The notes beneath the pieces were generated by a model, which was given only the letters and a program-made list of their open reading frames with translations, was not told the DNA's origin and ran no database searches. The position numbers and the translations under genes were made by a program. Positions 1 to 12,585 of a stretch of 64,000 nucleotides of DNA are shown one piece after another; positions within the stretch are counted from its first letter, which is position 1; every line of letters begins with the position of its first letter. Origin of the DNA: Pelomyxa schiedti (Eukaryota > Protista > Evosea); contig JAHLWZ010000004.1 of assembly GCA_020536535.1 (NCBI GenBank), forward strand, positions 186,001-250,000, written 5' to 3'.

Positions 1-1621
1 TGGATTTTCCAGTTAACGGGTCCTAATTAAATCTGTTTGATGCAGTCCCAAAATGGAAAAAGTAAAGTACGAAGTGGGAGGAAAAAAAAAAGGAAATCAA
101 AAAAGAAAAAAAAAAGAGCAAAAAAGTTCAAAACCAGATTCACGTGTAGGTGTTAATGATAATTTAATATTTATGATAGTGTTCGATGCAGTGTGAGGCT
201 TCTTTTTGTTTTTAAAGGTAATACCTTGGAAATATTAACACTCTTAATCACACCAAAGGGAGAAAAAGCTGTCATAATTTCTTGCTCTGATAAATCAAAA
301 TTGAGTGACCCCACATATATTCGGCAGGCCATGGCAGTATTACGAACTTGGGCTGCTGCAAGGGCAGCGGCTTGTACAGCCTGCTGTTGCATGAGGAGGT
401 TTTTGTTGTTTTGCTAATACAAGTTAGTATTTCAGGTTTTATGCAAGAGGCACACCAATTGTAACTGGAGAGACAACTGAGGATTTACAGCAGCTGCCAT
501 TGCCTGAAATAGGGGAGAAGGGGATATGAATGGAGGTGGGATTAGCCCTAATACACAATTAGATAAGCTGCTAAGTGCAAACTAGTACTTTCAGTAGGAG
601 CAGTGTCCCAGCCACTTTTCCGGTGTCGTTTTGGAGGAGGAGTGGTTTCTGCTTCCACAGGGGGTGTGACTTGTGCACTAGAGGTGGGTGGTGTTGGATT
701 TTGTGCTTGTGTTATAGGTTGTGGGGAGGATGGAGGGGGGTTTGTTGCTGACGCAGGTGTTGGTCTCTCTTTTTCTCTGTCACTGTCTCGTTTTTCTTTT
801 GCCCTGTCCCTGTCCCTGTCTCTATCTCTATCTCTGTCCCTGTCTTCCCTGTCTCTCTTGTCGTGATGTCTCTCTCTGTCTTTGTAAGTCCTGTCCCTAT
901 GGAGTTCTCTGTCACTATCTGTGTCACGGTCTCGACTGTAGGGCTGACAGTCACTGGAACTGTCACTCCCGCTGTGGCTGTAGCTTCGGGTTCTGTAGTC
1001 TCTATCCCTGTTTCTGTCACGATCCCTGTCTCTATCCCCAACCCGGCTGCCTCTGTCTCTGTCCCTGTCCCTATCCCTATCCCTATCCCTGTCTTTGTCC
1101 CTCTCCCTCCCTCGGCTTCTGCAGCGGTCCCCCCTCTCCCCCGCGGCCCTCTCGTTCTTGTGCCTGCGACTGCTGCCCTCCTCCCCATCCGGATCCTCGT
1201 CCTTGCCCTTTCCCTTGCCCCCGCGCACTCGCTTATTTTCCCTCTCCCTCCCGCTCCCGCTCTCTGTCTCGGTCCTGAGTGGCTTCTTGGCCCCGCTGCC
1301 GCTGCCGCTGCCGCGCCCCGACGACGAAGACGTGGGGGCTACTGCCTGGGCGCCACCAGCGTCCTCGGCGCTGGTGGAGCCGCTGGTGGTGCTGCAGGGC
1401 GACGAGGGGTCGCCGCCGGCGGGCCTGGCGGTGGTGGCCGACGAAGGAGAGCCGGGCGGGGCAGCGACGTCGGGCAGCGGGGGGTAGGGGCTCGAGATGG
1501 TGGAGGAGAGCGTGGGGGGCGGCCGCGGCTTCTGCGCCTCCGCGGTGCGGCTGCCGTCGCCGCTGTGTGGAGGCGCGTGCGACGGCGGCGATGCTGCGTC
1601 TGTGTTGCTGTTTGTCGTCAT
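1..1621 (-). CDS. PUF60: Poly(U)-binding splicing factor PUF60/half-pint homolog, 5' part (runs off the left edge); multi-exon
   Basis: RRM1 ACRIYVGSLNFDLSEQEIMTAFSPFGVIKSVNIS (171..392), continued after an intron by DPLTGKS at bases 1-22, matches PUF60 CRVYVGSI..AFAPFGPIKSIDMSWD..KHKGF. ATG at 1621 opens an RD/RE-rich N-terminus (ORF 548..1756). Confidence 0.8.
765..1100 (-). repeat. Coding hexamer repeats (GACAGG/GATAGG/GATAGA) encoding Arg-Asp dipeptide tracts
   Basis: Directly visible ctgtcc/ctatcc/ctatct arrays on the + strand, translating to DRDRDR in the PUF60 frame. Confidence 0.9.
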
Positions 1622-1783
1622 GTGTTTTCGGCACTGTCCGGCCCCAATTGTTTTGTTTTCGGAATCTTTCGTTTGTCGCAGGTCCAATCGGCACACTTTA
1701 TTTTTTCCCGGACTGCTGGCGCAAGCTTCTGGGCATTTCCCAAAACAATCGGCCATCAGAGTTCAACCGTTTGTGTAGTTGAA

Positions 1784-3952
1784 ATGGCCGCCATGTATCC
1801 GGGACCAGACCCGACTGTTGTGTCTCTGGTTGTCGTCCCCGTGGGCTACGCGCCCGTCGTCTCGTTGCCGTCTTCGCTCGCACCCTCGCTCCTGCCCCCT
1901 TCCTGCTACGCCACCACACCCACCGCCACCTCAGCCTCAGCCTCAGCCTCCGCCTCCTCCTACCCGCCGTCCCTCCTCGTGGCTCCCCCGGCCATGCAGT
2001 CCGCTGCCTACCCGTCGTTGCCCCTGTTGTCCTCGGCAGCAGCCACCACCGTCTACATCGCCACCCCAGCCCCGCCCTTCTCCTTCTCGTCGTCGTCGTC
2101 GTCGGCGTCGTCGTCCCAGGTCTCGGCCTCTGTCTCCCCCTCTTTGGTGTCCAAGCTCGAGTCCCTTTTGTTCCTCGGCACCGCCGGCACTGTGGCGGCC
2201 GTCTCGATCGCGGGCACGCCCGCGTCCACCTCAACGTCGGCGTCGAGCATGAGCACGGACGGCGACGGGGAGACGTGGCCTGTTTTGAACGCCGCGACGT
2301 CCGAGATGATGGCCCGCTCCTCTGCATCGAAATTTGGTGTGTTTGGGGGTGACGAGAGTGCCAACGCATCGACGATGATACCACTATGGGATGCTGAGAC
2401 TATTCCATCACCTGATGAGGCTGTGGCGTTGGTCAAAAAACCGCTCAAGAAGGTGTGGAAGACAGACCTCAAGAGTAAGCTTAAGGGAAAAAAAAAAAAA
2501 ACCAAAACAACAAACAAACAAACAAGCATACAAACATACAAACAAACAAACAAACAAAAAAATCACATTTGAAGAGATAAGTGCAGTATTTTAATTATGG
2601 TTTTAGTAGGGGCATATTTCGGGCGGGTTACTTTGTACCTCTCTGTAGATACATGCACTTTGTATGCTGGGTGCAATGGAGAGCTTTTTGCTCTAAATCC
2701 ATTCAATGGTGCAATTTTGTGGCATTCCAGGCCAAAGGGTATGTTGATTTATTTAGTTGGTCATGCTTGACACATGTAGGGACTGGAATGGGTCGTGGAA
2801 TAACAATTGTGCCCATTAAACCTGATAAATTGATATATGCCGGTGGTGGATGTGTTACTTGTGTTTCATGTCATAGAGGATCTGTACCTCCCACTCTGTG
2901 GTTGTCAAACTTATGTTATAAAGACCCTTTGGTCTACAAGTCTTCCTTCTACCTATTGGTGGAGTGTGACAATTCTTGTAAAATACTCTGTTGTGTATGC
3001 CGGAGCACACTCAAAAGTTTTTGCACTAGACTTGACCGATGGCTCTATAATATGGTCATATTCCCTTTCATCAGTAACAATGCTTTTCCCAGTGAGTCAA
3101 TGTGCATAATTCTTTCAATAATCATTTGCCCAGGTTTCTTTGTCTTGGCACAAAGATAATCTTATCGTTGGTGAATTTTTATGCAGTTAGGTACTATTTT
3201 TTAATTCTGTGTCTAGGTTCACTAGGATGTCTATACAATATCAATCCCAATACTGGGGAGGTTTTACTCCAAATACCTCACTTTTACTCACTTCATTTTA
3301 GGCAATAAGAAAAACTTCAATTCCAGGGTCTGGCTATAATATTGTACCCCTTATTAGTGATGAAGGGAGACTGTATTATGGTTGGAATTCCCTGTTAAAT
3401 GCTGTTTACTCCTACATCCAATAGGTACGTTGGGGAAAGCTCACTGTTGCGCTGCTTTCACACATTCCGTGGCCTGGAAAAACCCATTGACTGGTCTTTG
3501 AATAACGCGTAATTCACCGATAATTTTTCCACAGGAATGGGTTATAGCAATGGGGCTACATATTTATTGATTGGAATTGGTATCAAGAGGCTTATAGTTG
3601 CCTTTGGTGGCAAAATCAGTTGTATGGATGCGAGCAATGGGAGTTTGATATGGTTTAAGTCTCTACCTGGTTGTGGATACTCCTTTGTCACAGTCACTTT
3701 CCACAAGAACTTTCTTTGGGTTGGCACTTGGGGAAAGTTGTATTGTATGACGCCTGAGACAGGTGTGGATCCCACTTTAGCTGAAAACTCTCATTTCGAA
3801 TAGGTGAAATAGTGCTCATTGATGAGCTCACAGGATTCGGTCATCAAAGCATACTCTTTGCCACAACGGAAACACCTTATACTGACTTTTCCAGCTGTAC
3901 TATCCATGGCCACAACGATGTGCGGCAAACTCAACAACCTGCCAAGAACTAA
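1784..3952 (+). CDS. PQQ/BamB-like beta-propeller repeat protein with Ser/Ala/Pro-rich N-terminus; multi-exon
   Basis: Manual splicing gives ~40-aa repeats: LYAGCNGELFALNPFNGAILW, VYAGAHSKVFALDLTDGSIIW, GGKISCMDASNGSLIWFKSLPGCGY, WGKLYCMTPETG. ATG 1784, TAA 3950-3952. Confidence 0.65.
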
Positions 3953-4162
3953 GTTACCCAACAGGCTACAAGGCAAGCCAACAAGCAAATGAATTGATGC
4001 GCGCATAACAGGTTATTGTTTGTTGATATGTGCACACAAGCCACAGTTTGGGCCACTGAGTGAATGCACTCCCACCAACAAACAAACCATCACAAACCCA
4101 TTTTCGTGTAAGCTTCTCGACAAATCAAAAAACGAAACAACAGAAAACAACAACAAACGGCG

Positions 4163-7100
4163 ATGAAGCACAACACCAACCGAGGCCCACAGCAGCCAAC
4201 CACAACATCGGCCGTGGTCGCCAGGAAACCTCCAGTCCCTACTACGTCCACGCCCAGGTCGACACCCACAAGCGGCAGAACCGGCACCGCGGCCTCCACC
4301 ACAACAACAGGGGCCACCCGACCCTTGAGGCGCCCCAGCCCAGGGGGCCCGCCTCCGCCGCCCTCGTCGTCCTCGCATTCGAGCGGGGGGCGCTGGGGCG
4401 GCGGCGGCGGCAGCGGCGGGCCCCAGCACCGGCCCACGCCCGCATCTGCCTCCAATGCGTCGAGGCCCCCGTTCCACTTTGTGCAGCAGCCGCAGCAGCA
4501 ACACCCCCAGTCCCCCAGTTCGACGTCTCAGACGAAGACGGCTCCAAACCAGCAGTCGCAGTCTACGCAGCAGCATCAGCAGCAGGAGCAGCAGCAGCCA
4601 CAACAGCAACAGCAACTACAGCAGCGGGTGGGGCAACGAGTGAAGCTGGAGAGGGTGATAGGGTGCTGCGTCGGGGGAAACGCGTCGCTATCTGTCAACT
4701 CGGTTGTGACGGGGGGTGGTTGTGGAACCGCCACGATGGGAACCATGGGCACGGTGTCGGCTCTGAATTCGTCGACTACCACAACCACCAATATTTGCGG
4801 AGCAACTGCGAACGCAATTCCGAGTGCTGACGGACCAACTGCAATTGCTGCTAGTGCTACTGGCTCCACTGTTGGCGGAACTACCTCCTCGTCTGCTGCT
4901 ACAATTGCCTCTGACTTAAATAGTACATCTGGTTTTTCTGCGCTTCAGCCCGGTGTGACTCATTTGGTGGCTTATCCTGCTGGGCGTGTGGTGGTGCTGT
5001 ACTGCTGGCGTAGGAATAAACAGCTGGATTTTTTGATTTCGCCGGAAAACACCCCAAGTCCTTCACCTGGCACCAATGTGACTACCCCTACCCTTCAGGC
5101 TCAGAATAGCGCTGTATCATGTGTAGCATTTTCCCCTGATGGACGCTGGATTTCCGTTGGAGAGGGTGGATGTCAGTCAAGGATTGTTGTGTGGCAACTT
5201 CCACAAGACTACAGTGTAGCTGGAAGGTAGGCCAGGTTGGCTCTCTGCTTATGGGTTTGGGATATATGTGGACTGCGCTATAATAGCCCATATTCTAACG
5301 TTTGCTTATATTTGGGTTTCCTTTTTTTACAGTTCAGCTTCAGTAGTGTCAACTCTGACTGGGCATAAGTTCGGTGTACTGAATGTGTCATTCTCACCAA
5401 GTGGAGAAGTAGTTTATCTGATATGCTTTTTAAATCAGTAACGTACTTTTTACCACTAAACATAGCACATTGTTTCTGTTGGTGATGAGAATGATGGCTT
5501 CATATTTGTTTGGGAATGGAGAACTTCTGCCATAATAGCTTATGCAAAAATTGCCACCAAGGCAAGTGAATTAAAAGAAAAGCAATAATCTTACACCGAA
5601 ACCGCTAGATTTTATCACTCGACTTTTCAGAAGATGGTGCCTACTTTATTACTGCTGGCTACAAACACCTTTCATTTTGGGCAATGGATTTCAATTCCTC
5701 GACGCACGAACCACTGAGCACAACAGGACAACTCTCAGAATCAATTCCTCCCACTTTCCCAGGACTCACTGATACTAGCAAAGCCCCGTGGTTACTTGAG
5801 GGGAAAAGTGTGTCACTTGGGAATCACAAGGACTCAACTTTTACCTGCATTGCTTGTGGGAAGGGTACTGCACACAACATGGTGTATGGTGTGACACAAC
5901 GCGGACTGTTGCACAGTTTTAATTTGTCAACACGTCAGATGGAGAAGTGGGTGGACTTGCGTGGTGCTATTTATGCTGTATGTGCCAGTGAGAGATTTGT
6001 TGTCTGTGCCTGCGCAGATGGTAATGTTCGACTCTTTAATCCTGTCACTTTGCAATACGTTGGAACTCTGCCTAAGCCACATCAACTTGGTGTTAATGTT
6101 TATGGTCAATCACAGCAGCTATCTCAATCATCCAAGCCCGATGGCGTTGCCAAGTATGCTGATGCAGTTGCCTGCAGATTTTCAAGTGATGGCGGGAAGC
6201 TGGTGTGTGCTTATAGCGATCATAGCCTTTACATATGGTGCATTGATGACATCAGTAAAGTGTATAAACAACGGTCTTTCCTAGCTCACAGTTCTTGCAT
6301 TTGGTATTGTCCTTTCTCCTCTTCAATTTTCCTCAATTCCAAAAAAAAAAGGGACATCACTGTTGTGGGGCCATGCCCATCCGATCTTGCCAATTGTAAA
6401 CTGGATCCTTTTCCATCTGGAACTTTTATCACGTGCTCAAGTGATGGCACGTTGCGCACATGGAACATTGATACTGATGGGAATGTTCCAAGAAGTACTC
6501 ACTGCAAGGAGATGTTGCACATGCTCTATTTATCTGACACTTCCGAAAGCATCAAATCAATGAAAGCAATTGAAACTGATCCCTCCTCAGCAATACTCTG
6601 TGACTCTACCACTGGAAGTTTGAGTTCTGTTGGGACATGTTCGGACCTAGGGGCGTTCTCAAAAACGATACCGACTGGTGGTTTGCGGTGCTTGAGGAGG
6701 AGACCTGATGGCGCACATATTGCTGTTGGTGATAGGCAGGGCAATTTAACTGTAGTTGATACTCTTACACTTGCTGTCGTGGCTTTCCAACCTGCCCACG
6801 CTGCTGAAATCCTCTCCATGGATTACTCACACCCAGTAGACCCCGAGGCATCCTTTCTCCTTGCTACAGCTTCCAGGTGAATTTTATGGATAACTAACGG
6901 GTTTGTAACTGGTCCACAGAGATAGACTTATCCATATTTTCGACGCTGGTAAACTCAATCAACCAGTAGCAACGTACTCTCTGCTTATGACTCTTGTACA
7001 TCGACCCCTTTCTCTTTCCCTCATTCATTATGTTTCCAATAAGAATGACCATTCGTCATCCATTACATCAGTTAAATTTGCGTGCCACGGAACAAAGCTA

Positions 7101-10100
7101 CTAAGTTGCTCTGCTGACAGATCGATAATTTTCCGTACCGTTGACAAGAATCCTTTAACAGTAAAGAGATACCACTATGCGTCAGTGGGACAATCGAGGT
7201 CGGTAAAATTTCCTGTGTTTTGAGGATTCTTATCCACTTAGATATGACATGGATTTAGATCCCCTTAATAAAGTATTTATTTTGTGCCTTTTCCATTACT
7301 TTACAAACTATAGTACATGATAACTTCAGGTCACGAAAGGCAACTGAGTTTGTACAGGTTATAATATGCCTATGTATTTAGCCTCTCTTATATTCTCTAG
7401 CATTGCGAGTGGGAAGCAAGTTCGCAGTTATAAGGCAGAGCCAGATGTAGTAGATCTCCTAAAAGTAGAGATCGACCATGCTGGAGTGCACGTGGTTACA
7501 AGTAGTTCAGATAAAGTGGTGAGGTTGTATGACTTCTATTCTGGGGAGAAGATTGCTTCGTTTTCTGGTTCCATACCTACATTCCGAATTTTTTCCAGTA
7601 ATATACCATTTCCAGGCCACTCGGAGATTGTGACAAGCGTAAAATTTTTGGGTGACTGCAAAAGAATAGTTACTGTTTGTGGGGATTCCTGTATATTCAT
7701 CTGGGCTCTAGCTGAAGACCTCATAAAATCCATGCAAGATAGGTCAATTTCGAACAATTTTGAAACTTGGGTAACACGGGCCTTCTAGATTGAGTGAAAC
7801 ATCACAGAGAAGAAAGACTGTGGGCAAGGTGCGGCTGAAACAATAAATTAAAACTGCATTTTCATGTATAGCTCCTAAATCTAAGAAAAGCTTAGGCTCC
7901 CTCTCTGTCTAATGGCTCCTTGCTTGCGTCAAATGTAGGACTGCAGACAACAGTGCCACTCAACCTGGGGGCAACAGGCCTTCCCGCCTGGGCTATGAAA
8001 CAAAACGAAAAGCCAACTACCACGCAATCAGCGGTATAAAAATGTTATTCAAGCATAAAGGGAATTCACTATTCTAAAGAGAGAACGCTTAGCAGGAGCG
8101 TGGGCAAAACGGGCCCCACTTCACAAATTGAGGTAAACATAGAAATAACTTCTTACTCTAATCAGGGCACTACTTATATGGCTAATGGCTCATCAGAAAT
8201 CAGCAGCCAAGTTCAACTGCAAATAGTGGCTCTTTATCCACATGCAATGATGGGAAAAGTATACAAAAAAGGACTGATTTTGGTGATGGTATTTCCCCAA
8301 AAACCAAATAACAGAAAGTAACTTGAACTTGACCCAAGCTCTCGGGGAAAAAGATAATGTGGATGACGAACTTCCACCAATGCCTGACCAAGAGCACAGG
8401 TTTCCGTCGTATTTCCAATTTTTTTAGTATCTTATCTCTATCAAGTACGGCAATTGAAACTTGTGCTCAATCCAAAACCGTTGAAGGTTTGTCCAATACT
8501 TTTTTATTTTGAATCTTAGTGCATCAGAAAATGGGGGAAAATCAACACCTTTCGACAGCCCACTTCTTCACGAAGAGTGTGTCCACCTTCAAGTCAAAAC
8601 CAGTTTTTTACCCAAATTTAGATATGACAATCTCAATACAGGGCAAGGAATTGATACCATGAATAGACAGAGCTTATCTGCCAGTTTTTTAAACAAGGTT
8701 TTGAATCTCTTTGCTTAAACCACTTACATGTACCAATACCAGCCCGGGAACTCAGACCAGAGCACATCTAGCAACAATGGGACAGCTCCAAACACTTCAT
8801 CTTCCACATTAGCGGTCCCTGTACCACCAAGTCCTTCAAGTACATCCCCAAATACAAATACGCCTATATCACCTGTGCCACAAACGCCTCTTCCCATCAA
8901 CGCACCAAGTGTCATTACCACCCCCCCATCTCCTATGTCACCAGCACCAGTACCTCCAGGCGATCCAAAACCTTCCGACTCCATTAATCTTAATTTGCAA
9001 TTGGCCTCTAACCTAGACTTGAGTACTTCTATGCAAGCAACTGACTCTTGTCAAACTTCCACAGACAGGTACAGTTTTTGCCAAACTTTTCTTTAACTCA
9101 CCCAGAGTAGGCCGGTTGGGGACGCAGCTAAATCCTCAACTTCCACAAAAGAGACTCCTTCATCACCATCAAATTCACAGGCTTCCACTTCTCGTAACCT
9201 CGACCCTTCAACATATCGCAGTATGCTACTGGCAACAAAAAATTCCTTATTCGAAACAACAACTGCCTATCGTCAGCTTTGCCAAACTGAAACACCAATT
9301 CCCGAGCTATCCAGTGAGCTGGAGCATCTCACTTCTGAATTCCGGGATACCTTCCACGCAATGTACAACGAACTCGGGGCACTGCTTCAGGCCGAGAAAT
9401 CCATAATTCCAGCTCCCACTGAAAGCCTTGGAACCACATCCAGCCCCACATCACTTGGGTTTTCTCCTACAACCGGCAACCTTGAAAGGACCGGAGACCC
9501 CATGCTTCAAACAATGCTCGACAAGTATTCACAACAGCTACTTACTCTCATCGACACCCACCTAATTCAAGTTCTCGCTCCGCTTCACAAGCACAACACA
9601 CAACACCAAACAACCAACAACGCCGCACAGCCAGAGCTGCCACAAACCAGCACCACCAACGAACACCTACTCGCAACGGAAACAAACACCGCGGCCGCAA
9701 CCAATTCCATTCCCACCGGCGGTTTGCAGACCACACCAAGTGACATCATTGAAGGGAACATCATGCCTTCTGCAACTCTGGGTACAGCGACCCTGGGCGA
9801 GAGCGGAACGGCAGCCGCTGAGAATGATAATGAGAATGGGAATGACGACATTCTGGAGGACGACCTGGAGCTTGCGAGCCTCACTCCCTCTGAAGCTGAG
9901 GAAGGAAATGACCTTACTGAAGAGGAAGGCTTCTTTGAGCAGGACTTGTCTCAGTCTGATGATGGGGAACCACAACAGGATGATGGCGTTTATCTTTCCA
10001 ATGATAGTGAAGAAAACGATGGAGAAGAGCAAGAGCAAGAGCAGGAACAAGATCAAGAACCACAACCACAACAGCAAGAACAACAAGAAGAAGAAGAAAA

Positions 10101-10203
10101 CGAACAAGAAAATGTAGGAGAATCATTGGTCTTTGAGGAGAAGACCGTGACCCCCGTAGTGGACGCAATGCAAACTCAGCCTACCGCTTCTGGTGCAGAA
10201 TAA
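4163..10203 (+). CDS. WDR62: WDR62/MAPKBP1-family WD40 repeat protein; multi-exon
   Basis: [39 protein letters not shown] matches MAPKBP1/WDR62 VTLEKVLG..VAYPAGCVVVLF..AFSPDGKYLVTGESG. Later blades [30 protein letters not shown]; coiled-coil/acidic tail ends at 10203. WDR62 versus MAPKBP1 not resolvable. Confidence 0.8.
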
Positions 10204-10284
10204 CCAGAGGAATACACACAAGATACCAGAAGACAGAGAACCAAGAAAGAAACACTCCAGTAAAAACCCGTTAAAATAATCTTT

Positions 10285-11045
10285 TTAGGCTTCATCCTTC
10301 TTCTCTTCCTCTTCTTCAGGCTTCTTGGGTGCTTCTTCCGGAGCTGGTTCAGAGTCAGCCTCGAGTGAGGGCATGTCGTTCCCGTCTTCTTCTTCCTCGT
10401 CCTCAGGGGGCTCAGCGGCGTCATCCTATACGGGGAGTTAGTATTCAGAAATTCCCACTAGAATAGTGCTAGCTAACCATGTTGAAGCCACCCATGTTGC
10501 CCATGTCTGGCAAAGAGAGTAAGAAACTGAAAACAGAGAATAGAATGTGCAACCTAGGTTGTCTGGAATTTCGACTTCGTCATCTTCGTCCATCCACCTG
10601 TTCCAATCGCAGGACAACCACCTTGGCTTGGCGTCCTTGACCATCTTGCCCCACCACCCTTCCTCCTTCTTGAAAATTTCAAATACCACTCCTCGGCCAG
10701 CAACACCCCATTTGCTTTTCTAAAATAGCGAAAGTAAGTACTGCAGTTTTAACGGGATAATAAAAATGAAGCGAGCTAAAAACCTTCACATCAACAGCCT
10801 TGAGTAACGTGAACTGCAAATTGTATACGTTTCCGCAAAGAAATGATACGTTTCCGTTTTCCTCCAACTCAACAGTGCAACTAGCAATTTTTAATTAACA
10901 TGGCTATACAAAAAGAAAAAAAAAAAGAAAAAAAAAAAGAAAAAAATACGAACTCCTCTTGTCTCAAGCCAGGCACGTTAACAGTGAAAATGACTTTGTC
11001 CTTTCTCTCGGCCCAAATGCACGGTGGTATTTTGACTGCGGCCAT
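10285..11045 (-). CDS. PTGES3: Hsp90 co-chaperone p23 (PTGES3/Sba1), CS domain; multi-exon
   Basis: MAAVKIPPCIWAERKDKVIFTVNV at 11045; KEEGWWGKMVKDAKPRWLSCDWNRWMDEDD is the p23 signature; acidic tail ends TAA at 10285-10287. Confidence 0.85.
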
Positions 11046-11244
11046 GTGTGATCTCGGGTTTTTTTTTTTTTTTCTTTAGTTTTGGCTGTTTACGTGTGCA
11101 ACTCTGAGTCCTTAGAAACATCTGCTTCTCCAACAGCTAGTGACGATTCCAAGGTATACATCCTACAGTAGGCTATCACTGGTTTCCTGGGTTCAGTCTC
11201 CTCCCTCTCCAGATCAGATGTACCTACGTCTTTTTTATCCGTCC

Positions 11245-12456
11245 ATGAGGCGCCTCGAGCAACAGCTGCAGCAAGTTCGCCAGTTTGGTGACGCCCCCGC
11301 AGACGATGGAGAAGGAGAAGACGGTGCTGCGTCGAGGGGACACTCCAGCGGGAAGAGCAGCAAGGGGTCACCCCGCGGGAAACCCAGAGGAGGGGCCCGC
11401 GGGGGTGGCGGGAGAGGGAGTGGGAGAGGGGCGGGGAGAGCGAGGGGGGGAGCGCGAGCCGCCGCAGCGGAGGCCTCGTCCGCATCCCCCGTGACCAAGT
11501 GGGAGCAGTATTCGACCCCACCTCATTTGGCGTGTGTAGTCCAAACCCCCCTCGCTAACCCGTTTATTAAGGATGGGTTTTTTTTTTTAGAGCACATATT
11601 TTGTTTACTGCAGAGAATTCCTATGGGGACATTAGTGACAGAGTTGTAGCGGATTTGGGGTATTTCTTTAACATTCCTGAAATCTTTTTTTTCACAATTA
11701 TTCTTTATCTTTGTTTTCACGCCAAACCCAGGACTTTCTCTCTCCTTGTTTTTTACTGTGTAGGTGTGGCTGTGGTATTTTGACTGTGGGTTCTTTACTG
11801 CTTGAAAGCAGGTAGCCTTTTTTTGTTGTTGTTGTTGTTGTTGTTGTTGTTTTCCCTCTGAAAGAAAACCTCGCCTGCATTATGTCACAGTTTTACTGTG
11901 GGGATAGACATAGATTCGAATGCATTATCTGTTGCTCAGTCTAATTGTGAAGAATTTGATGTATCTAGCCAACATTTTTCCAACATATTTACGCAACTGG
12001 AGATCACCAATGTTGACTTCGTACAAGGGGATGTAGTGGCAGGACTGGACTTCATGAGAAACCGCAAATCATTTGATACAGTAATTATGAATCCACCCTT
12101 TGGTACCAAGTCAAAAGGGGTAGATATGGCATTTTTAGCTTCTGCTTTAAAAGTATGCAAGGAATTACACACTTTATCCAAAGCTCACACACGTTAGATT
12201 GCACCAGTTGTCTATTCCTTGCACAAGACATCCACCAGAGAGGTATTCCCAAAAACCCAGATACAACAAAACACTGAATGACAACCAAACAAAAAAATCC
12301 CACAATACACAGTACATCCTCAAGAAGGCAGAGCAGCTCGGTGCACGTGCTTCTGTTTTGGCGGAACTGCGTTGGGACCTTGGGAACACCTACAAGTTTC
12401 ACAAGAAGGAATCTGTAGACATTGAAGTAGATTTCTTCCGGTTTGAAGCACTGTAA
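11245..12456 (+). CDS. METTL5: 18S rRNA N6-adenosine methyltransferase METTL5; multi-exon
   Basis: EQYSTPPHLA, VADLGCGCG (SAM motif I, across an intron), FDTVIMNPPFGTK (NPPF), AELRWDLGNTYKFHKKESVDIEVDFFRF. Confidence 0.92.
11823..11849. repeat. (TTG)9 microsatellite in a METTL5 intron
   Basis: Directly visible; the intron starts gtagcc at about 11811. Confidence 0.9.
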
Positions 12457-12585
12457 CAAGAACCCTCCAAAACAAAACCAAAACACTGTCCCAGCCCACG
12501 AAACAAACAAAAAAAAAAGCCACAGCCACTTTCTCTACCCAAAGTGGCATTTTCCATCATATTTTTTTTAAGAGAACCGCAGATA

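Noticed and set aside
765-1100. Regular short repeats as a possible CRISPR array or satellite (also 47003-47523, 48920-49010)
   Set aside because: 3-6 nt coding units without unique spacers; they encode RD, RS and PT dipeptides.
863-1783. 5' part of ORF 863..2572 (+) and other overlapping ORFs here
   Set aside because: Antisense to the PUF60 RD exon; the plausible plus-strand gene starts at ATG 1784.
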